64,000 bases of DNA from NCBI GenBank assembly GCA_051294375.1, contig CM119264.1:26380972-26444971 (forward strand). Direction: 5' to 3'. The DNA comes from Paraspadella gotoi. Taxonomy: Eukaryota > Animalia > Chaetognatha. The translations under genes and the position numbers were made by a program. The first letter of the stretch is position 1, and every line of letters starts with the position of its first letter. Below the pieces are notes generated by a model that worked only from the letters and a program-made list of their open reading frames with translations, was not told the DNA's origin and ran no database searches. Shown piece by piece: positions 13,315 to 27,433 of this stretch.

Positions 13315-14401
13315 GTAAAAAATTTTGAATTTTCAAAGTTCTTTTTAAAATAAACAATATGAGTTTTTTATCTATGTTCATTTGCGTTGATGAAGACTTC
13401 GCAACCATAGAGTCGAAAAGGGTCCCATTTATTTATCCCCCAAAATCGTTGTTTGTAAACAATAAAAACTTTTGTTTTCTCTAAATATGTGTGTATTAAT
13501 ATTCAATTTAGGTTTTGAGTCGGCGCGAATTTTGGCAACGACGTTTGGTGAAGAAACTCGAAAGATTTGGAAGCGAAAGCTTGAAACGTTCGCGGCCCTC
13601 ATTGCCGCAACATAAGACCGACCCTTCGGTTGGATAAAACACAAAGACAACAAACAACCATAATTATAAAAACCAAACATTCCGCTTTGATCTTAAGAAT
13701 AAATACGTCAACAAAAACAAAAATAACTTACCGGGTGAAAAACAAAATTAGCCAGCAACAACAAGCAGAGCGGCAACGACAACCTACCGGAAACTACGAG
13801 AGACGATTACCTAAACAACAACAATTTAACTCAACTAACATCGACCAACCAATTCAAAAACTAAAATGACAAACTTCAACACAAAGTGCGGGAAAAGACG
13901 ATAAAAAAAATCCAAACACAAACGGCCTTGTGATGTGACTTTGCTCGTCGTCTTTTCCGAAATCATCTGAAAGCCGACCAATCAACAGAAACCTTTAATT
14001 TTTTCCAACCTTATTTGGGGAGACCAATGACGCGACAGAGAGACCTTAAGGGTCCGATGGCCGGAGATTGCCGAGGGACTCGAGGCATTCCTCCTCGACA
14101 TCCCGAACTTCAAGAAACAATTCCCTTTCCTTCCGGTTTAATAATTGTATATTAATTATTTGAGCGTAAACCTTTGGCCGTTCGTTGTCGTCCATTACCT
14201 TGGGTTCCGGATCGACCTATCATTGTCCGTCCCGCCTAATAAACTATTGTTCAACTATTTACTCGGCCTTCCGGCTTTAATAATTACCCTCGTTTTAGAT
14301 TAACGTCCAACGATTTCATTTTTACAACTCCATCCACATAATAACGTTCTTCTCCCAATCCAAAACCACCACCCCAACCCCTTCGCCTCCCCCATTTCCA
14401 G

Positions 14402-14670
14402 ATGCCATGCCTCATAGGCGGGACGTCCTACGAGTCCTTCGCCGCCACGCCCTTCTCCGACGCCGGCGGTCCAACGACCCTTTTCCCTCGGCGTCGGAGG
14501 CGCCTGCTTCGCGGGTGGGCCCGTGGCGCATCGCGGGCCCTCGAGCGCCTCGTCCGTCCGACCGGCCCCGTTCCCGAGTTTGAGCCGAATGATCGGGGAT
14601 CGGGGACGTTCTCAATCAGGCGTTCCCGGACATAACGGAATGACGAACAAGAAATACGCGGAACGTCAAG
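14402..14670 (+). CDS. Putative GC-rich exon, frameshifted in the assembly
   Basis: Acceptor cccatttccag|, GC-rich island between AT-rich introns. Frames MPCLIGGTSYESF... and ...SQSGVPGHNGMTNKKYAERQ. The 3' boundary is uncertain. Confidence 0.4.
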
Positions 14671-15153
14671 TTCGAGTTATTTGTCTTAATTGTTTGAAGG
14701 TTCAAGGAAGAAATGGACGACGAGGAGTAGGGGCGGCGGGTGAGTCGTTTAATCGATTTGATTGGAATTTTGATTTGATTTGATGGGGGTTTGGTTTTTA
14801 TTGATTGTTTTGTTATTTAGGAGATTGGATTGATGTGAGTTCAATTGATTTATTGATTGATTAGATTGATTTGATTCGTTATGACCCAAAAGACGGATTT
14901 ATCGATTGGAATTTGAGGGAGAGGGTTTTTGGCATGAGTTTTGTGGACGAATTGTAAATGATTGATATGATAATTCGCTGTTTTTTTTATTAATTGTTTC
15001 AAATCAATGGAATTTGATATATATTATTTTCATTTGAAATAAATTGAAATTGAATGAATAAAAGTTTAAAAAAGGGTTTTATTGAATTATTGATTAATTG
15101 GAATTTCTATTTAAACCGAATTGATTGATTCCTTTTCTTCCCTTTCTCCTCAG

Positions 15154-15310
15154 TGGTTGACGATCCTCTACAAGGGGTGGAACGGCAACTACGACCTTAC
15201 AGGGTTCGTCCCCTTCGTTTGCCGCAATCGCCAAGATAGCGATTCGCCAAGAGCAGGAGGAACGTGATGTCAAGCTGGAGCCTGTTTTTGGGAGTCGAAA
15301 GCAGGTTCAG
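15154..15310 (+). CDS. Putative exon (VDDPLQGVERQLRPYRVRPLRLPQSP/AIRQEQEERDVKLEPVFGSRKQVQ)
   Basis: Strong polypyrimidine acceptor ctttctcctcag| and donor cag|gtaaga; open after one 1-nt correction. Confidence 0.55.
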
Positions 15311-15671
15311 GTAAGATGGAAGCGAAGTTAAATTTTGGCTTAGCAGGAACAGCTGTATTGAGTTTTAAAAATCTACTATATTGCGGAAGCAGAAAGTGAG
15401 TTGAATATCTAATGTTTTGTTTAAGTAAAAGAATTAATAGGGTCCGTAACTAGTAATTCCAGATCGATAAAGTATTTAACTAAAGTCCGCATTGTACATT
15501 TGGAAAGGTTTTGATAGAAATTTTTATGAACCATCAATCAAGAAAAAAAGTTGAATCTGAAATTGATTTAACAAGCTTTATAATTAAACTTCGAAGCAAA
15601 GCATATAGCCCATATAATGCTGCAGCTAGTTTGGCAATTTTCACGACCGTCATTCCACTTCCTCCTCCAAG

Positions 15672-15900
15672 GACCCACCGTCCCTTCCAGCTCCAAAGGT
15701 TTCGTGGAAGGTCTGCTCAAGTATTACCAAGACTCCCCTGGACAGCCGTCCGTCCGCAGCCTCAAGCGACAAATTTCCGTGGGGAGATCGAACTCGGCCG
15801 CGTCGCCGGAGGTCGCCGACGGCCCGGTTGGAACCTTCGCCGGACGACTTTAGACGAGGATGTGGAAGGAGAAGGAGGAAAGAAGAGGAGGATGACGAAG
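15672..15900 (+). CDS. Putative exon, frame ambiguous
   Basis: Acceptor cttcctcctccaag|, GC-rich, more than one frame open (DPPSLPAPKVSWKVCSSITK... or GPTVPSSSKGFVEGLLKYYQ...). Confidence 0.4.
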
Positions 15901-16789
15901 CTTGCTTGAAGGAGCTGGGGAGGTTTGGGGAGAAGAAAGGGGTGGGAGGAGGGAGGGGAGGAGTCGAGGGGAAGGAGAGAAATTGAGGAGGTTGAAATTT
16001 CGTTTGAGAAGGGGGAAGGTGAGAAGAAGAAGAAACCAGAAGTTGAAATCCTGTTGGTTTTGAATTTGGGATGAATAAGTGGTGAAAAAATTGGGGTGGG
16101 AATGGAAAGAGAAGATTTGTGGGAAGAAAGAGAAGATTGTGGATGGAAAAGGGAGATTGGGTGGAAATGGAAGAAAAGATTGGGGTGAGATTGGAGATGA
16201 AGATGTGGGATGGAAGAGATGGGGTTTGTAAAATGGAAGAGGTTTTGGAAATGACACAGAATATTGGTAGGGCATGGAAATTAGATGAAGCCTACGTTAT
16301 TGAGATGGCCACAAGTTTATGTGCGTTATGAATTAAAATCTACTCTGGAATTTAGATTTATAACGTTTCGATTGAGAGGGCTTTGAAATTCTTGAAATCC
16401 AATGTTGGTTGTTTTTTTTAAAGTTTGTTTCTTGGGTTTATAAAAAAACCAAATCAACGCTTGACTCCCACATTGAAAAGTTCGTTGCTTAATAAATTTT
16501 CTCTTTAATATACTGCGTTCTTTTTGTTTTGGAAGATGTTATTTTGAATAAGTAATTGATTTAAAATTGTTATAATGAAGCTAATCGAAAAAATAGAAAC
16601 TGTGGAAATAAGAAAACCGCGGCTCCCAATCGGCTTTTCCCACATTAGAGACCTGATTCTCGACTTCGTTCCACAGAAAAGACTATGAGTCGATCCGAAA
16701 AATTCTCTTTAAAACTAAATTTTTCTCTTAGCGATTTTTTCGAGAAGTGATCCCGTCCAATCTTTTTTTTGTTCTATTCGGAACCGCTT

Positions 16790-17159
16790 TGGCAGCGTTT
16801 GAAAGGGTTCAGCCGGAGGCATAAAAAAGGGTCTTCGGGATTCGAATTGGGGTCAACAAAGGAATCCTCGAGATCCGGCCTCGGTCTTCCGAGGGGCCTC
16901 TCCGGGGGTTTTGAAAAGGGTGCTCGCCCATTCGAATCGAGGGATCCAGCGGGCTTTCGTCCGGAGATCTCTCTCTTAATCCCGGCGAACATCCTCGGTC
17001 AAAGGATCGAGCCTTAGACGATGCCGACTCGAGGAAGAAATGAGCCGCTTCTGGCAAGCCAAACGTCCCCCCGGATTCGCGGCAGCAGTTTTCCAAGGAA
17101 GTGAGGGGCAACGGGAAAGTCATTGCCGACACCAGAGTGAAGGGTCAACTCGTCAAAGG
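16790..17159 (+). CDS. Putative GC-rich exon with sequencing errors
   Basis: GC-rich island with protein-like frames (RLKGFSRRHKKGSSGFELGS...; ...QQFSKEVRGNGKVIADTRVKGQLVK). Boundaries uncertain. Confidence 0.3.
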
Positions 17160-17589
17160 TTCGAGGGATTATTGGGGGCCAGTTTTAGTCGGTTTCGACA
17201 GTCGTTTGAAAATCCGTAGGTCTGGTATTAAGTAATTTCCTCTATTGATCGGTTTAATCGTTATGAAACCTCAAGCGGGTTGAAATCGGTCCAATTTGGT
17301 TGGGGCATTTAAAAATTTTACATCATCGATTCAATTTTTTAAGACCAATCCGATTAAGTGGAGAGCTTTTTTGGATTCAATTATTTAAATTGTCAACTTG
17401 AGACTCTAAGTGAATGCCATGGGGTCGTTGGCAATATGGTTGGTAAGTCCCAGTCAAGCTTATGTCTTATCTTTAAAATTTAATGATCGATCAATCATTA
17501 AAGACACTTGAATTTCGGTTTCCATAGGTTTTTGTTTCGGTATTTNNNNNNNNNNNNNNNNNNNNNNNNNAGGAGAGAGTTCATGAGTT

Positions 17590-17631
<42 letters not shown>

Positions 17632-18774
17632 AGAATGAGAGAGAGAGAGAGAGTTAAAAGGGAGAAAGAATAACGAAGTCGACAAATGAAGTAAGCCTGG
17701 ACTCGACTTGGAGAAAGAAACGAAAATGAACGAAGGAGGGGGAGGTCGGAGGTAGGAAGGAGCGGAATGAGAAAAAGGGGGGTAGGAGGAGGAGAGAGGA
17801 GGAGGAGAAGACGGAGGGAGGAGGAGGAGGAGGAATCTAAAAAAATCTAGGACGACGACTGAGCGAGGAAAAACACCACGAAATTCTATACTAGAAACGC
17901 AAATGTCCACGTCGTCGTCGTCGTCATCGTCGTCGTCGTCGTCGTAACGTCGTCACCGACTCTCGATTCGAATGAGAGAGATAAAATTAATCGTTGTTGT
18001 ATCTTCCCAAAAAATGTCCCTAATTAAAAGCGAGGCTCGTGAAGGAGCGAATCTCTTCTTTTTTTTTCTTTTTTTTCGTGCGTGCTTGTGTTTTTTATGC
18101 ACTGGGATAAAAGGTTTTGATAATGGATGGATGGAATCAGACTGATGAGAAGATATGGACTTTTTTTTTTAATTCTAAAATGCAAATTAACTGGATGCAA
18201 GAACGGATTTGGTTTTAAAACAAAAAAAAAGCCTATCGTCGAACTGATGGCATATACGAGCTTTCTTTTTTCTGATAAATTATTGCTCTAAACAGATGGC
18301 ATGAAACGGAGTTGCCTTTGATGGAAGACCGGATCAAATCACTTTTTATCATAGGATTGAGTGCTGTAATACATCAAAAATACACCGAGGTTTTTTTTGT
18401 ATTCTTTCGTATTGTGCATATTTTAATTTAGCGAAAACTATCCCATATTTACATTTTATTGTTTATAGTAAAACAAACGAAAATACGAAGTATTAAACTC
18501 TATTTTTCGGTACTCTAGTTCTGACTTTCTTTGCAATCGGGAAAAAAGTGTTGTTATCAAAAGGACAAAAGATGGCAACCGGACTGATGAAAGTCGGCAT
18601 TCGTGACGAAAAGAAGTGGCATCCGGACTGGCAAATAGTGGCGTCCAGAACGACAAAAGCTGGGGACAGGGCTGACAACGGAGGTGACAGGGGATAAAAA
18701 CAGAGGCGCCGATGTGGAAAGAGCAACGGAGACCAAAGAAAGACGAAAAGGGAGAGGAGGAGAGAGAAAGATAT

Positions 18775-19107
18775 TTCCACTAAGACCATCCGAATAGATT
18801 TTTCCACTATGACCATCCAAATACATTTTTCCACTATGACCATCGGAATACATTTATCCACTTTGACCATCCGAATAGATTTTTCCACTTTGACCATCCA
18901 AATACATTTTTCCATTATGACCATCCAAATACATTTTTCCACTAAGATAATCTGAATACATTTATCCACTATTACCAATGGTCATTTACCATCCGAATAG
19001 ATTTGTTCACTATGACCATCCAAATACATTTTTCTACTATGACCATCTGAATACATTTATCCACTTTGACCATCCGAATACATTTTTCAACTTTGACCAT
19101 CCAAATA
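18775..19107. repeat. 27-bp minisatellite, ~12 units
   Basis: Unit ccactatgaccatccaaatacattttt; source of the MVIVEKCIW-repeat ORFs. Confidence 0.93.
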
Positions 19108-20130
19108 AGATAACCGACATTCGAGTATATTGCGAAAAAGGAGAGATAGCACTTGATCAAAACCCTGCCAAGCATAGCAAAGGAACGTGCAACACCGACA
19201 TCAGTTTTTTCGTTCGTTTGTTTTAAAACTTAAACAAAACCAATTAAGAGTTGATTTCCTAGAAAAGAAAATAAGAAACTGGAAGCCTCGACACAAACAG
19301 TCGCGTGTTCGAACTGAGAACCGAAGTTTGACTGTAAAAAAAAGCGGAGTTAAAAAAAAAGAAAAACAGAAAGAAAGAAAAAGAAAAAAACGGAGGAAGG
19401 AAAACAAACAAAACAAACGACAACAAAAACAACCAATCACGAGGGCCGATCGACGAATATGATTGGCCAACGACGACAGCGATGATTGGTCAACCACGCC
19501 CTCGACGATGATTGGACAACGACGGAAAAAAAAAAAGACACAAGCGACAAAGATTAAAATTTTTTAAAAAATGACAGAGCTTAGAAAGTTGATAACGACG
19601 ATTAGTTGAACGATGACAATGACAATAGAACAAAAAACTGTTAAGAAGACGGAGATAAGACTTTTGAGGCTGACAACTACATTAGGGGTCGACGAAGAGG
19701 ACGACGATGGCGCTAAAAGGGCAGACGATGACGACAGACGACGATGACGACGACGAACGCAATAATTACCAACCGCCATTTCTCTCCTCTACTCGCCTTA
19801 GTTAAACAACACGCGGAATCTTTGTTTATTGCAAGAAACGACAGAAACGACGACAACAACAATAACAAGGACCTCGATGGCGACATGGACGACAACGCCC
19901 ACTACAGTCATAGAGTAGCTGACGACGACGACGACGACGTCGACGACGACGCGGAAGACGAAGACGCCGCAAATCGATGTCGTTGTTTGTCGTCGTCAGT
20001 TTCGTCGTCGTTTACGTCGTCGTCGTCGTCGTCGTCGTCGTTCGATAATTCGCCGGGAGCGAAACAAATCGATGAAGGGCTTTAATTCGTTTCTCGCCGG
20101 CGGCCATCGTCTCTTTAAAGCGAGCGCGCG

Positions 20131-20238
<108 letters not shown>

Positions 20239-20629
20239 GTGTGGCTGTGAATTCTGGGAGGAAGAGGAGTAGCGAGGGATGAGAAAAAAAAAAGAATACG
20301 ATAAAGAAAACAAACTGCACTTTAAAAAAAAATCTTTTTGAGGCAAAATTTGATTTAACCAAAAGAGAAGAGAAAAGAGTAAAAAACATAAACCAAAGTT
20401 TTTCTTTTTAAACTGAATCAAAGTCTTTTGATTCTCTCTCTATATTTTTTATCGTTTAATGTTTTTTTTACTTATTTAATATATTACTTCTTTTTTAAAC
20501 CCAAACTCGTCTGATTGAATTTTTGTTATATTTTCAAGTAACATTTTTGGTAAGAATTTATTTTTGAACGAGTAAATTTTATTTCTTTACTTTTTGAAAT
20601 ATAGTTTGTCTCTTTTCCACTCAATCTAT

Positions 20630-20672
<43 letters not shown>

Positions 20673-21571
20673 CATACCCAGTAGTTCGCACGCTCTCTGC
20701 TCTCTCTCTCTCCTCTCTCTCTTTTCTTTCTCTCTCTCTCTCTCCCATTTCTTCTCTACTCGCCTTCCTTTTCCTATCTCTATTCTCTCTCCCCCCTAAC
20801 TTATTCTTTTCCAAAACCATCTTTTTTTTCTCCGGTCACGTGACTGCGGGAAACTAAAAGAAGTTTTCTTGTGAAGAGACGATTTATCTTGATTTTGGTC
20901 CGACGCGCTGGAGGATGCCGCGTCGGTGGCGTCGGGGGTGGTAGAAAAGGTGGTGGTGGTGGTGGAGTAGGTGTTGGGGGAGCGGCGGCTTGAGAAGTAA
21001 CGTGAATGACGAAAGGAGTGTTTCTTCTTCTGGGGATGTGGCAAATGGCAATGTTGACAAGAAACGGACAACTGTCATCTGTGAACGTGGCAACGCAGAT
21101 TTTAAAGTTGAGTTAAAATTCTGCAAGTTGTTTGGTGACTCTGTGACAAGGAAGATTAAATAAAAATGTGAGGGGTAACCCGAAAAGAAGGTGGTGGAGT
21201 TAAATCTGCAAAAATCTGTGACTCAGAGTGTGTGAATTGAAAGTCAACCCAAAGTCTAAAATTTAGAAGACACTTTGCAAAGTTAGGTTTCTTAGTCAAG
21301 ATGGGGAGATAAAGAAAGATAAAGAGTTTTTGGCGTTTTGGGTGAGGTTAAAAACACAAAAACTTACTTGAGGGCAACAAGAACAAACTGAGCTCGAATT
21401 TTTAGTGATGAGCGAGAGGAAACGAAATGAGCTTTCTATTTCCCAATATAATCCCCAATCATTAATCCCCCGATCCGATTTCCAATCCCAATCCCAAATA
21501 AAATCCCCTATCTTTAAAAAACTCTTTTTTATTGATTTCATTTCTTTTGATGAGGATGAGGAAGATTTGGA

Positions 21572-21960
21572 AGATGAGAAAAAGAGGAAGTTGAGATGAG
21601 CAAGATGAGAAAAAGAGAAAGTTGAGATGATCATGATGAGAAAAAGAGGAAGCTGAGATGAGCAAGAGGAGAAAAAGAGCAAGTTGAGATAAGCAAGATG
21701 AGAAAAAAAGAAAGTTGAGATGAGCAAGATGAGAAAAAGAGGAAGTTGAGATGAGCAAGATTAGAAAAAGAGGAAGTTTAGGATGAGCAAGATTAGAAAA
21801 ATAGGAAGTTGAGATGAGCAAGATAAGAAAAAGTTCAAGTTGAGATAAGCAAGATGAGAAAAAAAGAAAGTTGAGATGACAAAATGAGAAAAAGAGGAAG
21901 TTGAGATGAGCAAGAAAAGAAAAATAGGAAGTTGAGATGAGCAAGATGAAAAAATAGGAG
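21572..21960. repeat. 31-bp purine-rich minisatellite, ~12 units
   Basis: Unit gagcaagatgagaaaaagaggaagttgagat. Confidence 0.93.
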
Positions 21961-23405
21961 GATAAGAAGAACAAATAGATGAAAATGGACGAAAAGTTCT
22001 TCGGTTCCCGACTGCGAATTCTTTTGTTCGGCTGCTGCAACTTCGTTGTAATGCGGCAACTTCGTATTTTTTCCCCGCTGCAGCATGGTTTTTGCGCTCA
22101 CAGCCGCAGCAGCCAGTGCCGCCGACGCTTCCCGCTGGCTTTTTTCGTCTTTTCTTCTTAATTTCAAGTTGATTTTCGAAATCGCGGCGAAAATCTCAAT
22201 TTTGGGTTTCGTCGTCGTTGTCGTCGTTTTCGTCGTCATTGTTGTCGTCGTTGTCAATGTCGTTGTCGTCGACGTCTCGATCTTCTTTGGTTTTCTGTTG
22301 TCTTTAATTTTTTATTTCTTTTATTTTCATGATATCTCTATGTAAAAATCTAAACCATTCTACGCAAAACTTTTTGATCTTAAGGCTCAGAAAAAGGAAC
22401 ATATCACTTTATTCGTCCTTAATATTCTGTTAGTTATCGTACGTTTGCTCACTCTATAATTAGATAAAATATAAAAATAATTATCATTATTTCTCCCTCT
22501 CAATTTTCTACGAATTTCTTTCAAATTAAACTGTTCCTATTTTCCCTAAAAATCCTTCCGCCGAAAATATTTCTTTTTTTGATTTTCTTTCTTTCGGAAG
22601 AAATTAAAAAAAAGTTTTTTCCCCTAAGAATCTTTTATCATCCCCAGGTTTGCCCTTTTTGCGAGTTGCCCTTTTTTTTCTCTTTCCCTATTTGCGCTTT
22701 TTCTCATTTCCTCCTTCTTTCCAACCAATCTCCACCTCACGCCCAGCAACCCCCCCACCCCCCACCTCTCTCGTCCCATCCTCCCTCCTTTCATATAACT
22801 CTCATTCTTCCTCCATCATCTGAGGCCAATAATTCAGGCGGTAATATCGAATCGTCCCGTCAGGACCGTAAACGACCCTCGTCCTCTGACGGGAAAAAAA
22901 ACTTGAGGAAGGAGGAAAGAAAAGAAAACGAGGGAGGAAAAGAAGGGGAAGGAAAGAAAAGAAGTTTCGGAGGAAATTGGAGGAAGGGATAGAAAAAAAG
23001 GAAAGTGAACGGAGAAGAGCGTGAAGGAAAATTGAAAAGGTATGGGAGATGAAAAAGTAAAAATGGAGGAACGGCCCAAACCCCCCCCCCAAAAAAAAAA
23101 ATTAAACGTAGACGGGCTGTCTGCTTTCTTCATTTTTTGGTTATCCTTTCTTCCGGTTGTCTGACCGGTTTTCTCGTTGTGCGGATGTACAGTTGTACAG
23201 TTGTATAGTTGTCTAGTTATTCAGTTGTCTAGATATTTGATTGCCTGGCCGGATGTGTTACTTCCGCGATCCCACAACTTTCACCGCCGAGCGAAAGTTC
23301 AGAGACTCGAAGCCTCGTGGGGGAAAAAGTTGGACGGATTAGTCAGGATGTATGGAAACCGAACTCGAAGCTTATCATGTCTTGGACAAGATGTGAGAAC
23401 AACAA

Positions 23406-23475
<70 letters not shown>

Positions 23476-23585
23476 AGGAAAGAGAGAGAGAGAGCTTCCG
23501 TTCCATTTGTTTGGCTTTATCCATTCCTTACTGTTGCATTTTTATTTCTTGCTTTTCTCGACTTTTTCCGTCTGACTTCACCGCC

Positions 23586-23795
23586 TTTTCTTTTCTTTTC
23601 TTTTCTTTTCTTTTCTTTTCTTTTCTTTTCTTTTCTTTTCTTTTCTTTTCTTTTCTTTTCTTTTCTACTCTTCAATTTTCTTTTCTATTTTCTTTTTTAT
23701 CTTTTTTCTTGCTCAAATAAACAGTTTTTAGTTTTTAGTTTTTAGTTTTTAGTTTTTAGTTTTTAGTTTTTAGTTTTTAGTTTTTAGTTTTTAGT
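23586..23795. repeat. (TTTTC)n followed by (AGTTTTT)n tandem repeats
   Basis: Pentamer run 23586-23665, heptamer run 23723-23795. Confidence 0.92.
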
Positions 23796-24092
23796 CCGTT
23801 TTTATGGTTTTATTGTTATAAAATTTACATCAACGTTCTTACTTGAAGAAATATCTTACACAGTATTTTCTTTTGCAACAATCTATTATTTACTTTCTTA
23901 ATATTATTCGTCATCTTACAACAATACAAGTTTTAATTTTCCCGAGATTTTTCATTGTTCACTGTTTGGTAATCTAGTAAAATACATACATTTTTACGAT
24001 AATTTACGATAATTTTTATTTTTATTATTTCTATTTTATTTTATTTTTTATTATTTATATTTATATTTCATTATCTTTATTTATTTTTGTTC

Positions 24093-24124
24093 ATAATTTT
24101 TATATTGGTTGTAACAATTTCATA
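24093..24124 (+). mobile_element. Family B terminal fragment
   Basis: ataatttttatattggttgtaacaatttcata equals the last ~32 bp of family B. Confidence 0.65.
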
Positions 24125-25065
24125 CGTATTAGAACCTTCTTGTATCTCAAAAATGCCTCTTGACAACTCATTGTTTAAAAATTGCTTTTTGCAGGAAAAT
24201 AGAGAACCTGTTTATATATATTTTTAAATAAATGTTTAACTTTGAAATTTAAAAACTTTAATTTTTTTCAATTTCAGGGAAGAAGTCAAGACTGAATAAA
24301 TTTTAGCTTTATGCTTTATTCGTCGGGATCAAGAGATACAACCCATAAAGCTGTCAAAAATGAATAATTATTAATTAATTATTAATGCTAAAAATATTTT
24401 CTCTCCCTAAAGCCAGGTGGAAAGTTGATTCAATTTTGTCGTTTGTCATAAAGTTTTAAAATAAGTAATCAACTTAAAAACAACGACTGAGCTTATGTTG
24501 AGTAATTGTAAAGAACTGCTTAAAAAAAAAAAAAACAATAAAGATGGAAAAAACAGTGGAGGAAGAAAAAGGGAGCAAAAGGAAAAACCTACTGAAAAAA
24601 ATTGTAGACCGACGTGGTAAAAGGTCCCCGCGCGTGAGTTTTGACTGAAGCATCTATGATTCTCTGCACTGTATAATTGGAATTGAATGAAGGAATGAAT
24701 GAATAAATAAATAAATAGATGAATGAATGAAAGAGTGAATGACTGAATGAATATCGTAAATATAATTATGAAATAAATCAAGAAAAATTATAGAAAGAAA
24801 TAAAATAAAAAGAAAGAAAGATAAAAAATTTAGGGAAAAAAATGAAAGAATGAAAACATTTTTTCGTATGTATCTATATTAACTCAATGCACATACTAAA
24901 TTTAAACGATGTAGATACTAAAATGACGTCTCCGAACTTACCCTCCCTCGATCGGCGGCGAAGTGGAAATCGGCGGCGTCTCTTGACGGGTGAGGAAATA
25001 AGACGCGTCGGTGGAATAATGAAAAAACCATCATGATTCATTTCGTCAGTCTCTTTTCTTTATCT

Positions 25066-25076
25066 CTTTCTTTATT

Positions 25077-25170
<94 letters not shown>
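25066..25170. repeat. (TTTC)n tetranucleotide repeat
   Basis: Direct run. Confidence 0.95.
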
Positions 25171-25172
<2 letters not shown>

Positions 25173-26476
25173 TTTTTATTAGTTCTCTTTTTTTGTTTCC
25201 ACTGTCTTTCTTTCTTACTTTTTGCTCCATCTTTCTTTCTTTTCCTCTTTATCCGTCTTTCCTTTTTACCTTTTATAAATGTTAGCATTCGGAGTTTCTT
25301 TGTTTACACAAGAAAGTCAAAGAAAACATCGGTTTTCGCCGTCGTCGTCGTCGTCGTCGTCGTCGTCTTCATCGTCGGTGCCATCTTCTCTCTCGCACAA
25401 AACGTCAATCTTCCTTTTTTTTAAAAATATATTATTTTCCGTTCTCGTAAAATTAATATCAAACTGATGTCAACATTTTCGAAAGTTATAAATCTCATTT
25501 GCTTTTATTGAAACCTTACATTTCTACAATATAATAAACCAACGTTGTTGAAAAATCAAGATTTCATTTCAAGTTTGTTTTTTTCGTTACAACCGACGTT
25601 CGTTGTCTCTCGTCGTTCATCTTTCGTTATTATCGAGTTTTATGGTTCGTTGGAAGACAAAACACAGTAATTTTCTCCTCGTCGTCATCGTCGTCGTCTT
25701 CGTCGTCGTCTTCGTCGTTTTCTTCGTCCTCGTCGTCGTCGTCCTCATCGGCGACGGACCGAGTTTTTATTGTTTTCTTTTTTTACGCTGCAGAGATTTT
25801 CATGGACGGCGAAGGGCGAGGCGAGGGCGTCTTGCGGTTCCGAGAGTCGACGAAGATAAAAAAAAAGAAAAAGAAATTCATGTTTCGAGGTAATTTTATT
25901 CAATTTAAGATTTAAAAATGAGATATTGAAACGTATCTAAATTTTGCTCGAGATAATCAAGAAAGGAAACCAGCTATGCAATGTATAAGGCGCCCGAGAG
26001 AAGGTTTGTATAGATTTATCCTTGACCTCGATAGTGCTAACCTAAACCTAAATATACTATATATACTTTTATATTGTATATATGAAGTCGGAACTATTGA
26101 TCGACGCTTTCCTCAATAAGTTTTGACCGGCCATATTGATCTTATTTTCTATTGAACAAAGTCTTAAAATTTCGTTAATGTCGTTAATATCAATGGTTTA
26201 CTCAAAAAACTAGAGCAGAAAAAAATGATTCAAACGTAATGGAGAATCACGGTAAAAAAACTAAAATTAATATTTTTATTGCTACTATTCACCTTAAATC
26301 AGAATATGTTAATTTAAATCACCAATTTGCTGAGGTATGCGGTAACATTAAAAAATAAGGTTTTCGAAGTTTTTGTCAATGACATATTTTTGCCTGTAAA
26401 TCTGGTGGGAGCCTTAAACGGTGGGCGTTAAGTTAGGCTGGAGTAGTGATCCTTGCTGTCCATCGTCTGTGACGTG

Positions 26477-26577
<101 letters not shown>

Positions 26578-26707
26578 GGACCGAAGGTTCCTCGCTATCG
26601 ATTCCGAATCTGAGATTGAATGACCGCGACATTAACGGTGTTTAGACTCTGTAGTCCGGACTGTGGGGAGCGACCACGCGATTCGAGCACTTGATACCCT
26701 CCGTTGA

Positions 26708-26752
<45 letters not shown>

Positions 26753-26756
26753 GAGA

Positions 26757-26796
<40 letters not shown>

Positions 26797-26806
26797 AAGA
26801 GAGAGG

Positions 26807-26886
<80 letters not shown>

Positions 26887-27004
26887 AGCGGAAAGAGAAA
26901 GGGAAAGGGGAGAAGAGGGAGAGAGAAAAGATGAGAGAGATAAGAGAGAGAGAGAGATAGAGAGAGGAGAGAAAGAGAGGAGAAGCAGAGAAGAGATAAG
27001 AGAG

Positions 27005-27040
<36 letters not shown>

Positions 27041-27346
27041 CTGACCAAATTAACACATAGAATGAGAACCAAAGAAGAAAGGAATAAATTTCGCAACAAG
27101 ACAAGTATGATTTGTTTCAACCTCGGCCGAGACAGACAGATGGAGAGAGGGATTCGCGGTGGGGGCGCGGTCGGCAATAAACTTGTCTCATTAACCACCT
27201 GAAACTCTTTTCATAACTCGCGTCTCGAAAGAGGAGAGCCGCGCCCACCAGGTGCGTCCTCTCTCCATTATGTCCTCTTGTCTTCTCATCATTGGCTCCC
27301 ATTACCTCAATGAATCGCTTTTATTTGTGTGCGCCGTGATCTTTGG

Positions 27347-27433
<87 letters not shown>

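Noticed and set aside
18577-18630. Hammerhead-like core CTGATGA..GTC..GAC-GAAA (also 9142-9172)
   Set aside because: Stem III does not form and there is no UH cleavage triplet before the putative stem I. The two copies disagree and the region reads as a plausible exon.
18493-19226. Repeat-protein ORFs (MVIVEKCIW)n
   Set aside because: Translation of a 27-bp minisatellite with no splice or start context.
23723-23795. Telomere-like (TTTTTAG)n
   Set aside because: It lacks the G-run of known telomeric repeats and is a short interstitial simple repeat.
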